In this document: one piece after another, positions 24,753-39,368 of the stretch
Numbering within the stretch: the first letter of the stretch is position 1
Layout of the letters: each line of letters begins with the position of its first letter
Assembly (NCBI GenBank): GCA_051362555.1
Contig: CM120640.1
Span: forward strand, 48,276,788-48,340,787
Length of the DNA stretch: 64,000 bases
Direction of reading: 5' to 3'
Origin: Lingula anatina
Taxonomy: Eukaryota; Animalia; Brachiopoda
Program-made: the position numbers and the translations under genes
Notes under the pieces: generated by a model
Database searches by the model: none
The model's input: only the letters and a program-made list of their open reading frames with translations
What the model was told of the DNA's origin: nothing

Positions 24753-27700
24753 AACACAAAATAATAATCTCACAAAGTTGCAATGAATACCAACTAGAGT
24801 TTAGGAAAGGTAACAAGGATTAATATCTTCAAATTTATATTATAACAATAATTTAATTTATGATAATAGTAATTAAAATGTGATTGTTATCCCCAAGGAA
24901 CAACTTGTAATGGCATAGATTGAATAATAAAACTGCATATTAAAAGCAAAATGTTGCTAGAAAGTAAATACATTCAGAAAAGATTGATGGAAGTGATTTA
25001 ACCACATGACCCACACATGCTATCACTGGTGTCATGCAGCAAATTATGCTAAATAATATCTGATTCAATAAAACTGCTTGAGCTTAGTCAAACTCTGAAC
25101 TTGCACCTTGCAAGATCACAGACATTATGTAAGTGGGCAAATAAGACAAGTTAAATGTTTGAAAGAAAAGTCATATTGAAAGCATACAGTGGAATGTTGA
25201 TAATTCTGAAGAAACCAACACATATACAGTATTTATGCATAAGAAATTCAGTCAAAAGATCATTTTGTTGTACAGAATCTGTCTTCAAAATGACTTGGAC
25301 TAGATGAAGAATTTGTGCACAATCATGGAAGATGTGGACAGTAATATGTCATGTTGAGTTTTTGAGTCCATAATGTGTACCTTATGTGTTTGTTCTTTTG
25401 ATAAAGCTGGTTTCATTTCCCTTTTGCTCCTGGGAGAGCCACTCAGTACACGAAAAAACATCACAATTGAGCACTGGCAGAGTAATAAAGTGAGAGCTGA
25501 ACCTGATAATGTGATGAAAACAAGTGAAAGTTCTTGTTCAGCTAATGGGAAAAGAACAACCCTACATTAGGCTTTTCTTTATTAGGTGTCCTGAAATAGA
25601 CACTTACAGAGGATATATCAATTATTTAGGGAGGTCCAAGGATAATGGACTTCTTCATTAAATACTTGTAGCATGGCAGCAAATAAAGTACTTTGAATAA
25701 AAATCTCTTCTCCCGTGACTTATGTCCAAGTCCTATCATGTATGCACTATTAAGGTAAATCAATACTCTCTTGATCCTTCAACTGCTTGATGCTGACAAT
25801 ATCTTGATTATTTTTGTCATGACAAACAAGTGTCAATTAGTTTTTATAAACTAATGGCTTGGTAACATGCTGCAATAGGTCTCTCCAAGTCTCTGGTGTC
25901 CCTGTTAACTCAAAACAAGAAAAGCAATATCCAAGAAGGATGTTGATAAGATTCACTTTGTATAATTGTCAATTCAAGTAGTACTAAGGAACAAGTCATT
26001 TCACTGGTTTTATTCTTTACAGTATGCCCGTCATGCACACTATGTAGTTAATGATCTAGCCCCTCCTCCATGCCTACTCCCCCCCTCCCCCCCAAAAAAA
26101 TGCTTTAATCTTTTTTCATCATCTTCTAGCTATAGTACCTATACTTCTGTCAATGTATGAAGATTAAACTGGTTCTACCTTTAGTTATTAAGATCATCTC
26201 AATGTGAAATATACATATCAAACAACATTTTCTAGCAAGTACATCTTTGATTAAGAGACATAAAACTTGAGGATAGCAAAGGAATGAACCCCCCCCCCCC
26301 ACACACACAAACATATGCTCACATGCACACACATCACCTTAGCAAGATAGTGCCCTAGCATTTCTACAACTCTTGAGTCTATGGAATAACATACATGTCA
26401 GTTAAAATGGATCAATGGTCATAAGCCACTTATGTTCACACAAGACCAACTGGCGCTAGGCAAGGTGTCACTTCTATGGATTTCAACCCCAGAGGACCTC
26501 ATTTGTTCTGGTGGCAAAATTGGTTGGCATTTCCAGCAAACAGAACCACTTAAGAAATAGGTCAATTAAAATATCTGTCCAGCTTTTATCTCTCTAATAC
26601 ACTTTATAAAATTTTGGCAAATAAATCTGAGTCAAAGTCATTGTCAAATTCAGTATGATTTTCAGTTAGTGCTTTTTCGGTAAGGACACTTCTCGTGTGA
26701 GACAGTTATTGCATATTTTCATAACTTTTGTGTTATATCTTATAGTGCATGTTTGTAAAGCCATACAAAAGTTTACACAGTACAAGCATACACAATAATT
26801 GTTTCTTCTTTCCTATTACTCTAGTTTAAAAGATTTTTGTACTTTTTAAAAAGGCAAAGCTTCCAGTAGTTCTACTGTTTCTTTAATGAACCTCAATAAA
26901 TAGTGCCTCAAACTCTTTATTGCATTTGAACAACCTCTGTGGTTCTATCTTAGACCATTATGATTACTTTTCCTGGACACATGCATCAGTAGATTCGCTT
27001 CACAATAATAATAATAATTGCCATCTCATATGACTTTCATTTCTGTATGAGTTATTTTTAATTTGGCCCTTCTGAAACACAGGTCTGGACAATCAGGTAT
27101 AATAAGCCTGGTCTGTCGTTCAGCTTCATTGCTGATGGGGACATTTTCAGATCATTACCATCTCTTAATACATCTTTGTATGTTAAGTTCACTGCAAGCT
27201 TGGCTGGTGATAGAATACTTATTGCTTATCTGTCTCTCAACTGGCTATGAATGTTCCCAATAAGCACAGGGGTATCAATTCAAGTTGAAATAAAATGTTT
27301 TTTGAGCATCCGTGTGTGTCTTTAGGCTCTGATGAGCAATAAAAGCATATAACATCACTCATCCATTTGACGATGACAAAGATGGATGCTTACATATAAG
27401 TTTGTGCTGAACTCCTGGGGCTTTTCTTAAAGCATAAACCAAAAAGTTTGAGTTGTTTGACTTGTGTTTCTCAGTCCTCTTAAGTTGCTTCAATTCAAAC
27501 AAACTTGTATCCGCTGGTAGGTAATTTGTCTGTTAACTCCTACTGAGGAAATTTACATTCTGATAGGGTTAAGTTTTTCAACATTTGTTGATGAGTATAT
27601 GAAAACTTTATAGGTAATACTTAAAATGTATGCTGTGTATGAATATTAAAAGAGATAACATAATTTTAGCTTATAACAAAAAAATTCTCAACGCAACAAC

Positions 27701-29520
27701 ATAGTTTCATGCCATAGTTTCAATGTGGGATCAACGTTTTTTAAAAATCTAAAAATCCAAATGCCTTTCACCTCATAATATCTTATTGGTGCGACAGTAT
27801 CATAGTTTTGAAAATAGAAGGATCTTTGAAATGACAATTGAATTTTTAAATTTACATGAGCTGCAATTTATTGTCAAGGGATTAAGTAAAGTCTAAATAT
27901 GAACATTTTGAGGATGTCAATTAAAAAAAAGACAAAAAAGGCATATTCAAAGTTATTGACTGTATTTGTCCTAGAAAAACATCTTCTGAGGTAATAATTA
28001 CTATTGCAACACTAATAGTTCCAAGAGACAGCAAATCATGATACTAGTTATCATGTGAAAGCACCCCCAGGCATATAGTCTCTAATGGATGATTTATATA
28101 TAACAGATAATAAAGAAAAACCAATGAGCAACTTTGCCTACTTTTATTGAAATGTGAATTTTTCATGTAAGATAGCAAGTTAAGTAAATATATTTGCAGT
28201 TGATTACTCTGTTTATTGTGACTAAATTAAATGTCCCAACATCACACATGTAAATACAACAGCTACTGCAACAGTGAAAAAAGGCAGCAAATTATTTGGG
28301 AAAAAATATTTTGTCACATTTTAGGGTGGGAAAAGAAAATGGGTTGCTAACTCACAAAGTGCCATTGGCATTATTTGCATACCCTTTACTCAGAGCAGTA
28401 AACTCAATCTATTATATTCTTTCCATCTCATATAACACCAACTAAGCAGTAAATGCAATTCTACATTTGGATAAATCATACAACACCTGAGCCTACTTTC
28501 CTTGATACTTCAATAATGGCCTTTTGTGATACTTTGAGGCTTTGCTGCCACATTTATCTTACGAAGTTGACAAATTGCTATAAGTTTCTACTTAAACCCC
28601 TGACACTTTACACAAAAGTACAGTCTGAGGACATAAGATCAGATATGGATATGCATGCAACTACTGAATCTTTCTGATAACAATAATAATTTGGAATGGG
28701 GCTTTGAGTGCAGTAAAGCAACAGCAAGCATTTGAAGCTGCCAAATTTTGTAAGATACATGTATGTTTAAAAACAAAAGGATCTTAGAGGAGGTATATTT
28801 GTAATGGAAGCTTGGGGAGGGATTTCCTCCACTGTTAGCCTTCTCTGTTCTTAATTGCTGCAAAGTAATATAGAAGCTACTATACTGTGAAACTATTATG
28901 AAAAAGTTTCCTCAAATTAAAGTATTCCTAGGACACCATTACCACTGTATTATTACTTTTTTTGCTTGACATGAAAGGAAAGTAAATATAAATTTATGTA
29001 ATAACATGTAAATATTTATTCTCATAGGTAAAATATGCAATAGAAAGACTTTAAAGAGTTTTAAAGACTCCTGCAATAAATGCATATTCAACATGTTGTT
29101 AAGCTGTTTTTATGTCTTTTAGTGGCATGCAAATTGTAACGCTACTGAGTCAAGCTCTCTGATTAACTTATACAACTGTAGTAAACTACATTTACCTTTC
29201 ATTACCTACAAGCTACACATGGCATGTGTAAGGTAAAAATCCACTTAAATGTCAATTGTTATTCACAAGACTGCATGGCTATATTGGTTGGGCAAAATTA
29301 ACTTCATTATTTACCTCTAAGAGGAATGACCTTAAACGAGTTGCAATTTAAAGCACCTACATGTAAAACAGCATGCAAGCATCAAGAGACAGTCAATAGG
29401 AGTTCATATCTGCATTCCAACTTTGACTGCACTGAAACCAACTGCTTTGTTACTAAGCCATTTATATATTTATATTTTTACATGATGTACTGAAGCAAAG
29501 TAAACTTTTCTGTAGCATAA

Positions 29521-29817
29521 CAGGTCCAGAGACAGGGGGTGGGTTTAAGGTTCGAAAGGACTGCCCTGTTGGAAAATGTCCATATCTCAAGTGGTAAAAG
29601 GTAGTCTGAAGGTTTATTGGTCCAAATGTTCACTATAGAACCAATTAATGAACCCTTGATAAAAAAAAAGAAAAAAAAACGATGAAAATGTTACTATTTT
29701 TCGGACCAATTATGAACCTTCAGACCAACGAACCTTTGGTTTATCAAGATGCCCCCAAAAGGTCCAATTTTTCAGAAAAAGAACATTTGTTTTTTGAAAT
29801 TGCTGACTACAGGACTG
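29521..29817. mobile_element. Decayed CAGG-terminated MITE with 5-bp TSD CATAA
   Basis: Ends caggtccagagacag / ctgactacaggactg, both near a CAGGCCCGTAGCCAG consensus. CATAA at 29516-29520 and 29818-29822. Right end resembles 31395-31426. Confidence 0.65.
29604..29756. mobile_element. Fragment of a second inverted-repeat element nested in the 29521-29817 MITE
   Basis: gtctgaaggtttattggtcc (29604-29623) is inverted relative to ggaccaattatgaaccttcagac (29703-29725). Repeated gaacc subunits. Confidence 0.5.
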
Positions 29818-31233
29818 CATAAAGCCCACACCTAGTCTTCAGATGGCCAACAATAGTCTGAGGTTGGAACAGCAATACATGTAGTGCACACTGCTGTGTG
29901 GGTTCTATCCATGGCAACCAAGCCAACTAACATGAAACAGCCTTCCAAAGAAGCTAAAGATTGGAGACATTTCTTTAAAATCTTCCATGCTTTGTTGTGC
30001 ATGTAAGATCAATATTGCACGAAGGTTAAAGAGACAGAAAACAATCATCATTAAGTGCTGTTGTATTAGAGGGAGTCCGGACTGTATTACAGAACATGTC
30101 TGGGATGCCATTTGGCATGCTCTTTCCATTCTATTTTGGCTACAGAAACGCTTTTAAAGTTTTTCTGATCTGAACAGACTAAATCATAATGCAATTCGTC
30201 AGCAGCTATTGCAAAACATTGCAAAACCATTTTAGTCTTATGTAAGTCTTAAATGTGAACACAATAAATGTTTTGCAAATCACAAGACTTCAACCACAAA
30301 CTTTCCAACAGACTCTATGTTAAAATGAGTTATATTTGGAGTTTAATGTACGCAATTATGTTTGTAATTAGCACATGGAATTATTTCATCTTTATCCTTT
30401 TGTTTTTTTTTGTTTGTTAAGAAATAATCATCAAACATTTTCTAGGCCCCTAGAAAGAGCAGTGAGTCATATTACATTACAGACATCTTCTATCTCAAAT
30501 GAACTCAGTGTGTGAATCAATGCAGACAGCCAAGTAAATAAAATCTTAAGAGAATTCCTACAATGGCAGATAAGAGCACAAAGCAGATGACAACCTTGTT
30601 CTGCCTCTCAGCTCTCTCTCTCTTTTTTTGGGGGAGGGGGGGGGGGGGATGATAAAAATTTAACAATAATTAATTATGGAAAGACATGATACATGGATTT
30701 TCCTTACAAAGGAGTGAAAATACTAGATAGATTTAAGTAATAGTCATAGTAAAATACATTATATGCTGCTATTGTCATATAAACAGTCCATATTAATAAA
30801 CATTCTATGTTGCTTTTAACTCTCATTTCATCAAAAGAAGCTCTAGCATTTACCTTCAGATTCCTAAAAATTCAGTCCAAATGCCTAGCAACAGCTAGCC
30901 TTAATGGGTGTGTCACTGATACTTGCCATGTGCTTTTGGTCATTTTCATTTTCCAATTACTATCAGTCATTTACTACAATTACTCATGCCATACAAACTT
31001 AATTGCTGTTTAATTTATGTGCCTTCCTAAACAGAAATACCGAGGGAATTTTCAGAAATCTAATTTTTTCTCCATTTGGTCAGTGATTAATAACCTTGAT
31101 TATTATCACAAATGATCATCTACATTATGGCCACATCTCCATATTGATGCTCTGTGCTATCAGATGAAAAAAAAGCTGCTGCCTATTAGTTACTGTAAAA
31201 ACTTGATGGCACTTTTGGATAGTATATCGTATC

Positions 31234-31426
31234 CAGGCCCCAAGACCGTTTTTTTTGGGGTGGGGGGTGAGGGGAGTGTTCAAATGAACTGCTCTGAATC
31301 AAAATATGAACAAGTTTCTATGCCGTTTTTCATGTTGGATTAATTAAAAGGGCAAAAATGCCCAATTTTCAAAAAAAAAAAAAAAAAAAAAAAGAACCCC
31401 CTTTGAAAGTTCTGGCTACAGGCCTG
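31234..31426. mobile_element. Decayed MITE related to 29521-29817
   Basis: caggccc...G-run...poly(A)...gaaccccctttgaaagttctggctacaggcctg. No TSD recognisable. Confidence 0.55.
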
Positions 31427-33446
31427 TTTTTTTTATTAATGCTTTTTTCCAGATACTGAATCCCTGAGCTGTGTTGAAAAAATAATTGGTGTACACAACT
31501 ATAAGCTCCATGTTTATGAAAAATGATGGAAAAATCAAAAAGGAGAAAATATAATCACTGAAGCCAAGGCCCAATAAAATTTTGACAATCACACACATGT
31601 ACGGGGTCCACACACACACATATATACACACACACACACTTGTTTGGCCCATGTTTCTTCTTCTCTTCCTGCATCCAGTCTTGGTACATCATATATATAG
31701 TTCTACAGCATAAAAAGATCATCAGTGATGAAAGATAAGCCACAGCCAAAAATCAAAGACAAGATGCATTGACTGACAGATAAAAATGAGACTGCCAATT
31801 ACTGTTACTTGCTCCATCATTTCTAGCTCTTTTGGGAGGGTATATTCAATTTGAATCACATTTCTATTTATCTTTACAACTATGATTTTGCCAACTGGCA
31901 TCATGCTATGCGTCATGATATATTAAATAATGCTTTTCGAAATACACCAAGCAGGCTTATTACCTTTGTGTTACTGTCAACATTTAATCATGCAGATAAT
32001 GTAGGAAAATAAAGATAATGTAGCAAGTGACTTTTTTACTATTCGAACAAACCTATATATTTTGACAGCAACATGTGCCTAAAGTATACAATGGAAAGGT
32101 ATCTATTTATAAATATCAAATACAAATTATACTCTTAAATTTACTTGAAGAGTTCAGGGGGTACAATAATATATGGAAAGCTTCTACTTTTATATTCTGG
32201 GGAAGGGGGGGGGGGCAGGCCATTAAATATATCATGTAATATCAAGCTTAACATACTCAGAATTCAAAGGTATCTTTGTATGTAGCTGTCCAAATCAATC
32301 TGAACAACTAACCATCACAATGAATATCAATTCAAAGTAAACTGGGCTAATACGGCTCATGATTGTGAACAATATAATCTTTAACAAATAGGCAATATCT
32401 AGTCTATCACTGGGAATGTGTAACATTTATTTCAGCTTGCAACACTATCTAAGTACAGCACTGTTGCTTATGAAGACATTTACTGTAATACGTAGTCAGA
32501 CAGCATACCTGAAAATGACCTCATTGATTTTTGACCACAATGGAAGTGAAGGGAAATCATTCTGGAGCTCAGGGGGAAGATGTATCAACACTGTAAACAG
32601 ACTCCATATGTGGCTGGCATTATTTTTCCTGCCATTAAAAAAGAAAAGAAAAACAAAAGAACTTTTGTAATCAATGATAGCGCTGGATAAATTGTTGTCT
32701 AAAGGGTTGGGAATATGAGTACACAGGTGATGTTTCACATTCAACCAATTCTTGTCTGATTCTATTATGTGCTTTTCCTGTCTCTGACATGTGTAAGCTA
32801 AATGGCAGAAAAAATGAACAGTCATTAAAATAATCTATAAAATTTCTTTTCTTGTTATCACTGAATTTTAATGCATGCTTACAGAGATAACAAGATATAC
32901 CGGGGGTATACAAATGTCGCTGGCGTGGTGTCCAATTTCTCCCAAGTGGGTTGGTGATCAATTACATAAAGTCTAATGATAGAAATGAACAACATTCATC
33001 CACAATGCATCTGAGAACAATGAAGAATTATCTGTGGCAAAATAAATGAATCTCACATTATTCACTTGAGTAGCAATCCAGATGGTATAATATGCATGTT
33101 AAAACAACAGAACTCTTTTTATCGCTGATAGCGATTTTATTTTGGAGTGATGAACTGATTAGAATGTCATACTTCCCACATAATTAAAAAGGCAGTTAGG
33201 TGTGTCAATGATAAGACAGTAATTGGACAATTTTATAATCTTTTATTCAGAAAGAATGGGACAGATTGCTGGTTAAAATATAAGATGGCAAGGGAAATTG
33301 CCAAGTATTTTGCCAATATAACATTTGGCAATGCCACTTTACTTCAGAATAGTCAAGATGATGCACTTTTTTCAATTTTTGTGAGATTCAAAAAGATGAA
33401 TATTTTTTATGTAAAGGAGAAGGATGGTGCTAATGAACCCCCCTGA

Positions 33447-33467
33447 AATGAATGAATGAATAAAAGA

Positions 33468-33534
<67 letters not shown>

Positions 33535-33536
33535 AT
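33447..33536. repeat. (AATG)n followed by (ATAA)n tetranucleotide microsatellite
   Basis: Direct reading; explains the FIYL-repeat ORF at 33372-33620. Confidence 0.95.
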
Positions 33537-36500
33537 TGGAAGGAAGAGGTAGTCTAGACCACTTCCTTGGGTCCAGTAATCTAAATCTTTAGAAATAAAA
33601 GATGGGGCAAGTGCATCCAAAAGAGCAGATTTGATAGATAACTATCTGAAATGCCCCATACATTATAATGTTGTGTAAATTAAAACATTTTATCCAAAAT
33701 ATTTTACTTCAGAGCCATAGCAATCACACCCACAGTATACATCTCTCTTATGCCACCAGCTAATAAAAGGGGTATTTATCACAGTAATACTATGGCATAA
33801 ATGTATATAATTTTGATTGACTAGTGATCAATACTCCTTGGCTAAAAGATGGAGCAATTTGTGCATAATGGTATCTTCTCTTTATCAGTGCTCTTGTTCT
33901 CCTCCAAGCAAAAAGTCACTTTCATTTCAGAACTTAATTACTTTTTCAAAGACACCACTTTCCTAAGGCACTCCCCATTCTGTTAATCTGATGTCATTAG
34001 GTAATGTGAACTCTGGGTCATTGTAAAAGTAACTTCTTTCCTTAGCCATGATAGCTAAATGACAATACTGTGTCAATTAAACCAATATCTCAGGTTTCAC
34101 TTAAGCAACAAAAGATAACAAGAGCTGTACATGGTCTACACAAAGAAGAAAAGTGGCTTTATTCTTGAGAAACAAATACCACTATATACACAAAAGGCCT
34201 ATTTACTATAATTAAGAAAGAAAATCCTTTTTAATGATTTTTACACTGTTCTTGGCATATTATCTATACTTTCTCCTACCTGAAGGGTGGAAAAAGGAAA
34301 TGCTCAATAAACTATTTATACAAAAAGTAATATTGATGATTGCATTAGTAATAATGGAATATAATTATACCATTAAGGGTTTAAACATATCTTCATCATT
34401 GAATTGTTAAAGTGCAAAGCTCAACTTGAAGAGACTATTTTCATCTTGGATAAACTAGAAAAGCTGTATATATATAAATTTGGAATGATATACAGAATGA
34501 TATGTAGAATTCTGTGAAGTAGATTTCTATTAAGAAAATGTTTTCAGGGAGTGATTATGGGGCAGATTAAGGTCTAATTGACGTGTGGCAGTTTGCTAAC
34601 ATAATGCAACATTGATTTTATCCTGAGAAAACTAGATTTTGATTTCCATCAGTCAATTCAATTTGTCCACTCAAACAGATACAGAGTACTATGAGGCATC
34701 TGGTTGTGGTCACACTGTTCAACAAAACAATAGTCAAACAGTCCAAATTTTATGTCATCAGTTCACCATTACTCAAAAGGTAGTCCACCCAGCTATACAA
34801 TCAAAGTTAGTTACTGATGTGAACATGCAGCTGCAAATAGAGGCATAGTGTGAAAAGATGGCAGTAAGCTGAAAATGCAAAAACAAATAATTAAATAGAT
34901 AGTTAGGTAAATAGATAGATCTATTGTAGATAAAATATCCATCAAAACTGCTGTGTTAAGTGTATGAATAAGCTTTCAATGCATCAAACTTTCATGTCTT
35001 CTCAAGTGGAAGTTGTTATTCATTAATCACAGGTACTATTAATTGATCAAGAACCATCAGCTTCCTGTCCAGTTTACACCAAATCAATGAAATAAAATGT
35101 TTCATGATAAGAGCTGTTCAAGAGTGAACAAAATAGCAGAACTGTGATTAACTCGGAATTATATAGAAACCACAACTATTGATGGCTTGGTTTCCTTTAC
35201 ACCTTTTTTTAGTTGTGTCAGTTGTGTTAGTTGAGATCTGCAAATGTCACAAACACAATGAAGATTCTCAACATTTAGCAACACAATGCTGAAGGCAAAT
35301 CAGATAGTCAAGTCAAGACATCATACCCGATATATTCACCAAGTACAACTGTGATAAACATTTAGCAAATAGGCCTACTTTTCTGAAATCTACTTAAGAA
35401 TAATGAACACATTGTTATATGTAAAACTAGTTTGTAAAAATCAATCTAACTTCAATAAATGACTAACCTGATATCAGTTGGCAGGCAGAACTTGAAGGGG
35501 CATATTGCTGTTTGGTTTTAAGAACTGAAAAACATTGTAGTTCACAAGCATCCTAAAACTATATATTTCTTTAAACTTACAGGGTAGGCTTTTTAGATTC
35601 TTCTTCCCTTTTTGTACAATGATTTTAAAAGTTAAAAGCTGATAAATCTCATGTCACTTTACAGACCCAGTTTATCTGTTGCATACAGTAACCCTATTGT
35701 GTATATAGCTGGACAGTTTCCCTAATTATTTAGTTTATTCATAATTTAGGAATAGCAGGTTTTAGTGTACATGTAATTATCACCTGCTCATAGCCAGCAT
35801 GTAGAGTGAGCACACATGAGAGAGGGTCAAGGATGGTGAGACGAAACTGCCCTTCTCCTGTTAGGGCCTGGATTGATGAATCATTTTTCAATTATACACA
35901 AGCATATGTATCTACCTACTATATACACAAGGTATGGATTTAAATCAGTAAGAGTTTTATTTATTAACATTTTGTGATGAATTGGACAGTTCAAGTCATT
36001 TATGGGAAATCAATGATTGTGTTTTAGCTCAATCATGTTCAATTGTGTTCATTGCGTTTTTCCAATCCCCTCTACTGCAATGTGTTCATTATCCATACAT
36101 GTTACATACACATATGCAGTGGTACTGACAGACTTGTTCATCAAATTTCTTTCCCCATCTGCCCTTATTAAAGTCATAAAAGATGAAGTTGTTTGTGTTA
36201 ATGTTACAATCTTCCTGCTTCTCATGGCCTAATTAAATAAGTAGACATAATGACAGTGAGTGGAAGTTCAAGTATTAATATTAATATAACAAAAAAAAAT
36301 GCATCTTTTCATTCTGAATATTAAGATGTTAACAAAGTCTTGCATAGTTAATGTTTAATTGCATCACTACCTCCTTTATTCTCACTTCTCAAAACCAGTG
36401 GTCTCAGTTTAGTCAAGATTCAATTTGCTTTTACTTAATGGTAGGACACAGATGTTGAGTTGATAACTGTCAATACAGTTGAATTATTAAATTTCTACAT

Positions 36501-39368
36501 TTCTCTCTTCTAAGATCACAGTTGCCAGAATGTGCAAAAAGCAATTAGTGGAATTGCTTTTAAATTGGTGTGGTAATCACATAATAAATGCTCACTAACT
36601 TTATCAATATAATACCTATCCATATCTTCAAAAACCCAAATGTCCATGTTGTGGCACTTTAAAATGGCACCTTTTTTACTACAGCAATTCAACTATACAT
36701 TAGTTTCTGAGTTCACATTAGAGAAATTACAGATTTTGGTCTCTAGAGACTTGAACTGAAGCAAAATCTAAAGGCAAAACAATGAGAGCTGTTAAGTACA
36801 TTTGCAAAGAATTTGGAAATCGTTATTTGGTGGCATTTCACAAAAACACAAACTACCTTAAAAGAATAACCTTAAGCTAAATAATACATATTGAAATGAA
36901 AAAAAAAAAATGAAAGCAAAATTTTAATGAAAAATGAAAATAATCAATGTTGGTAATAAAAATTATCAAATCAGAATTACAGATAAATTGCAAAAAAAGA
37001 CCATTATTTGAAAATAATGCTGAAATATTTAATAATAAGGCCTTCATCCACTTAATACTCATCATTTTTTCCAAGAAAAACAAATTTATCTTTTACTGAA
37101 AAAAAAAAAAAAGCAACAACACTTCCATTAGCCTTTTGAACCATGGTCTGATGGTAACACATCCATCCTTGCCAACACTGTAATCTTTTATAAATATTCC
37201 CTAGACAAAGTTAAAAGATTTCCACAGAAAAATCAGAAGACATTGCCATAAATCTTTAAAAGCTGACTCAGTTCTCTGCAAATTATGTGCAGTACAAATT
37301 TAAAATGTCTGGCAATATAGTCTTTGTTGTCCAACACCGCATACAGCACTCAGACAATATACATTATCTAGATGATATTGGGGGAAATTTCTTATGGTTT
37401 TAAGCATGAAATGCCATAATGCATGAATCTGTAGATTGTCTTATGTGTGGTACATTAAATATTCAGTCTGAAGAAGTCATAAACATCTGAATTCCCTTAC
37501 TCAAACACACACGGACAAGAAAACTGCAACAAGTATGCAAGTGCAGGTATCAATATACAGATTTTTTTTTTTTGGAGAATTGACACAATCTGTGACAAAT
37601 TAACACAGTAAGGGCCTAATTTTCAAGAAAGTCATTGGTCAGGTTGGACCCACGCTTGGCCCCAAGTCTACTTACTTCCTGTGAGATGAGTTTACAAAAA
37701 TGCGCATCTTGGAAGAAAAATTAAAGGTCATTGATCAGACATTAAATGGCGGTGCTTGTATATTCTTACACTGGCCTAGGCTTTGAACCATCAATTACAG
37801 CAAGCTGAAAGGTTAATGAACTATTAATCCACTATTAGAAAATAGGAAAACTAAGATACACATAAATATAAAAATCAATCCCACTCTGGATTCCACCCAG
37901 AGAGAAAGTCCCTTGTGATATGGCTCTAATGGTTTAAATTGCCAGCTATGAAAATGCAATTTCCTATTTTCTCAAGTTTTAAAATATGATTTTTCCCAAT
38001 TGGTCAAGATTCCCTAGTTCCCCTTATATATAAACAAGCACAAAAGCTGGCAAATGGACAGACATACAAGTGACAAAACTGATAGGAGCAGAACGAAATG
38101 TTCATTAAAATTAAGAAAATGCATAAAACATTTTTAATGATTTTGATGCAATAGTACTAAATGCTTAACAGCTTTATCACCACCAATTTTAATTATGTAC
38201 TAATGTTACTGTGGACATTCAGAAAATTTGTCAAGCATAGAGCGTCAGACCCATGAATTCAAAAACACCTCTTAAAAACGCTAATTAGAAGGAAATGAAA
38301 AAAAAAAATAGAAAACTTCATTGCTTCAAGAAAACTAATCCAATCAGGTTGCTTTTTTTAACTGAAGTTGTATTTAACTCTTATAAAGGGGACTAATAGT
38401 AAAAGGACCAAAGTCATAGAAACAAAGCCCTGGGCTTATAAGTTTTTATAAAAAATTAAAACAAACTTCCCAAAAGGCAAATTAAAGACAGGGATTAAGT
38501 ACAGTGTCCAACGGATGACGCTATAGTGCCAATTTTAGGGGGAAAATGCCGTTTTCGGAATTGGGATTTTCTCTATAACCAAGACAGCTATTCAAGTGAT
38601 TCAAAAGGCCTCATAAAGCTGGGTAAAAGCACTTCAGCGCGGTACCAGGGAATTGTCTTAAACTATTTACTTTTGATTTTATCATCTTTTACGTTAAATT
38701 ACCCCATATTTCAATGGGTTATTCACTTCAAAAGACGATAACTTTCAAACAAACAATTTTCTCTTAAACCCCTGACATCATGCTGTAGTCCACATTCCCA
38801 ACAACAATAGGTGCAACTTTTATAACGATCGGTTGCTCAGATAGTGAGATACACTTGGCAGCGATTCACTTATCTCGTCAATATAGAAAGCTGTTAAAAC
38901 AGCCAAAAACGTTCACAGGTTGGTTAACAGAGCTTATTAGTCAAATGCTTAGCTGGCAAATTTACCTGATATCGGTTATACAATCAGATGGAACCATTGC
39001 TCCTTGTCATCTAAAAATATTTTGTTTGGGTGCTTTGAAAGGGCAGCAAATTGTGCTTTTGTTACATTTTCCGACCACTCGTTAGGCTTGTAAGCGTGCT
39101 GCCATTTTGATTGACAGCTCTGGACAGGACCCTAGCCTAGTGATGCCCAGTAGGGTGTTAAGGATATGTAGAAGGAAGCGCTAACAAAGGCGATTACGTT
39201 TAACCGCAATTAAGAGGTGTGAAGTTGTATTTGAACGTTTCAATGGGTATCCCTCAGCAATCGAGTAATTTTACCTGAGAGATTCCTTTTCTGTTATCGG
39301 CAAAGTGATCAGATAAAACTGGGTGACAGTAGTAGTTCTTTACTGATTATCCTGGTAACTGTGAACTC

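Noticed and set aside
27329-27355. CTGATGAG hammerhead ribozyme core
   Set aside because: No GAAA after a stem II and no closing stems.
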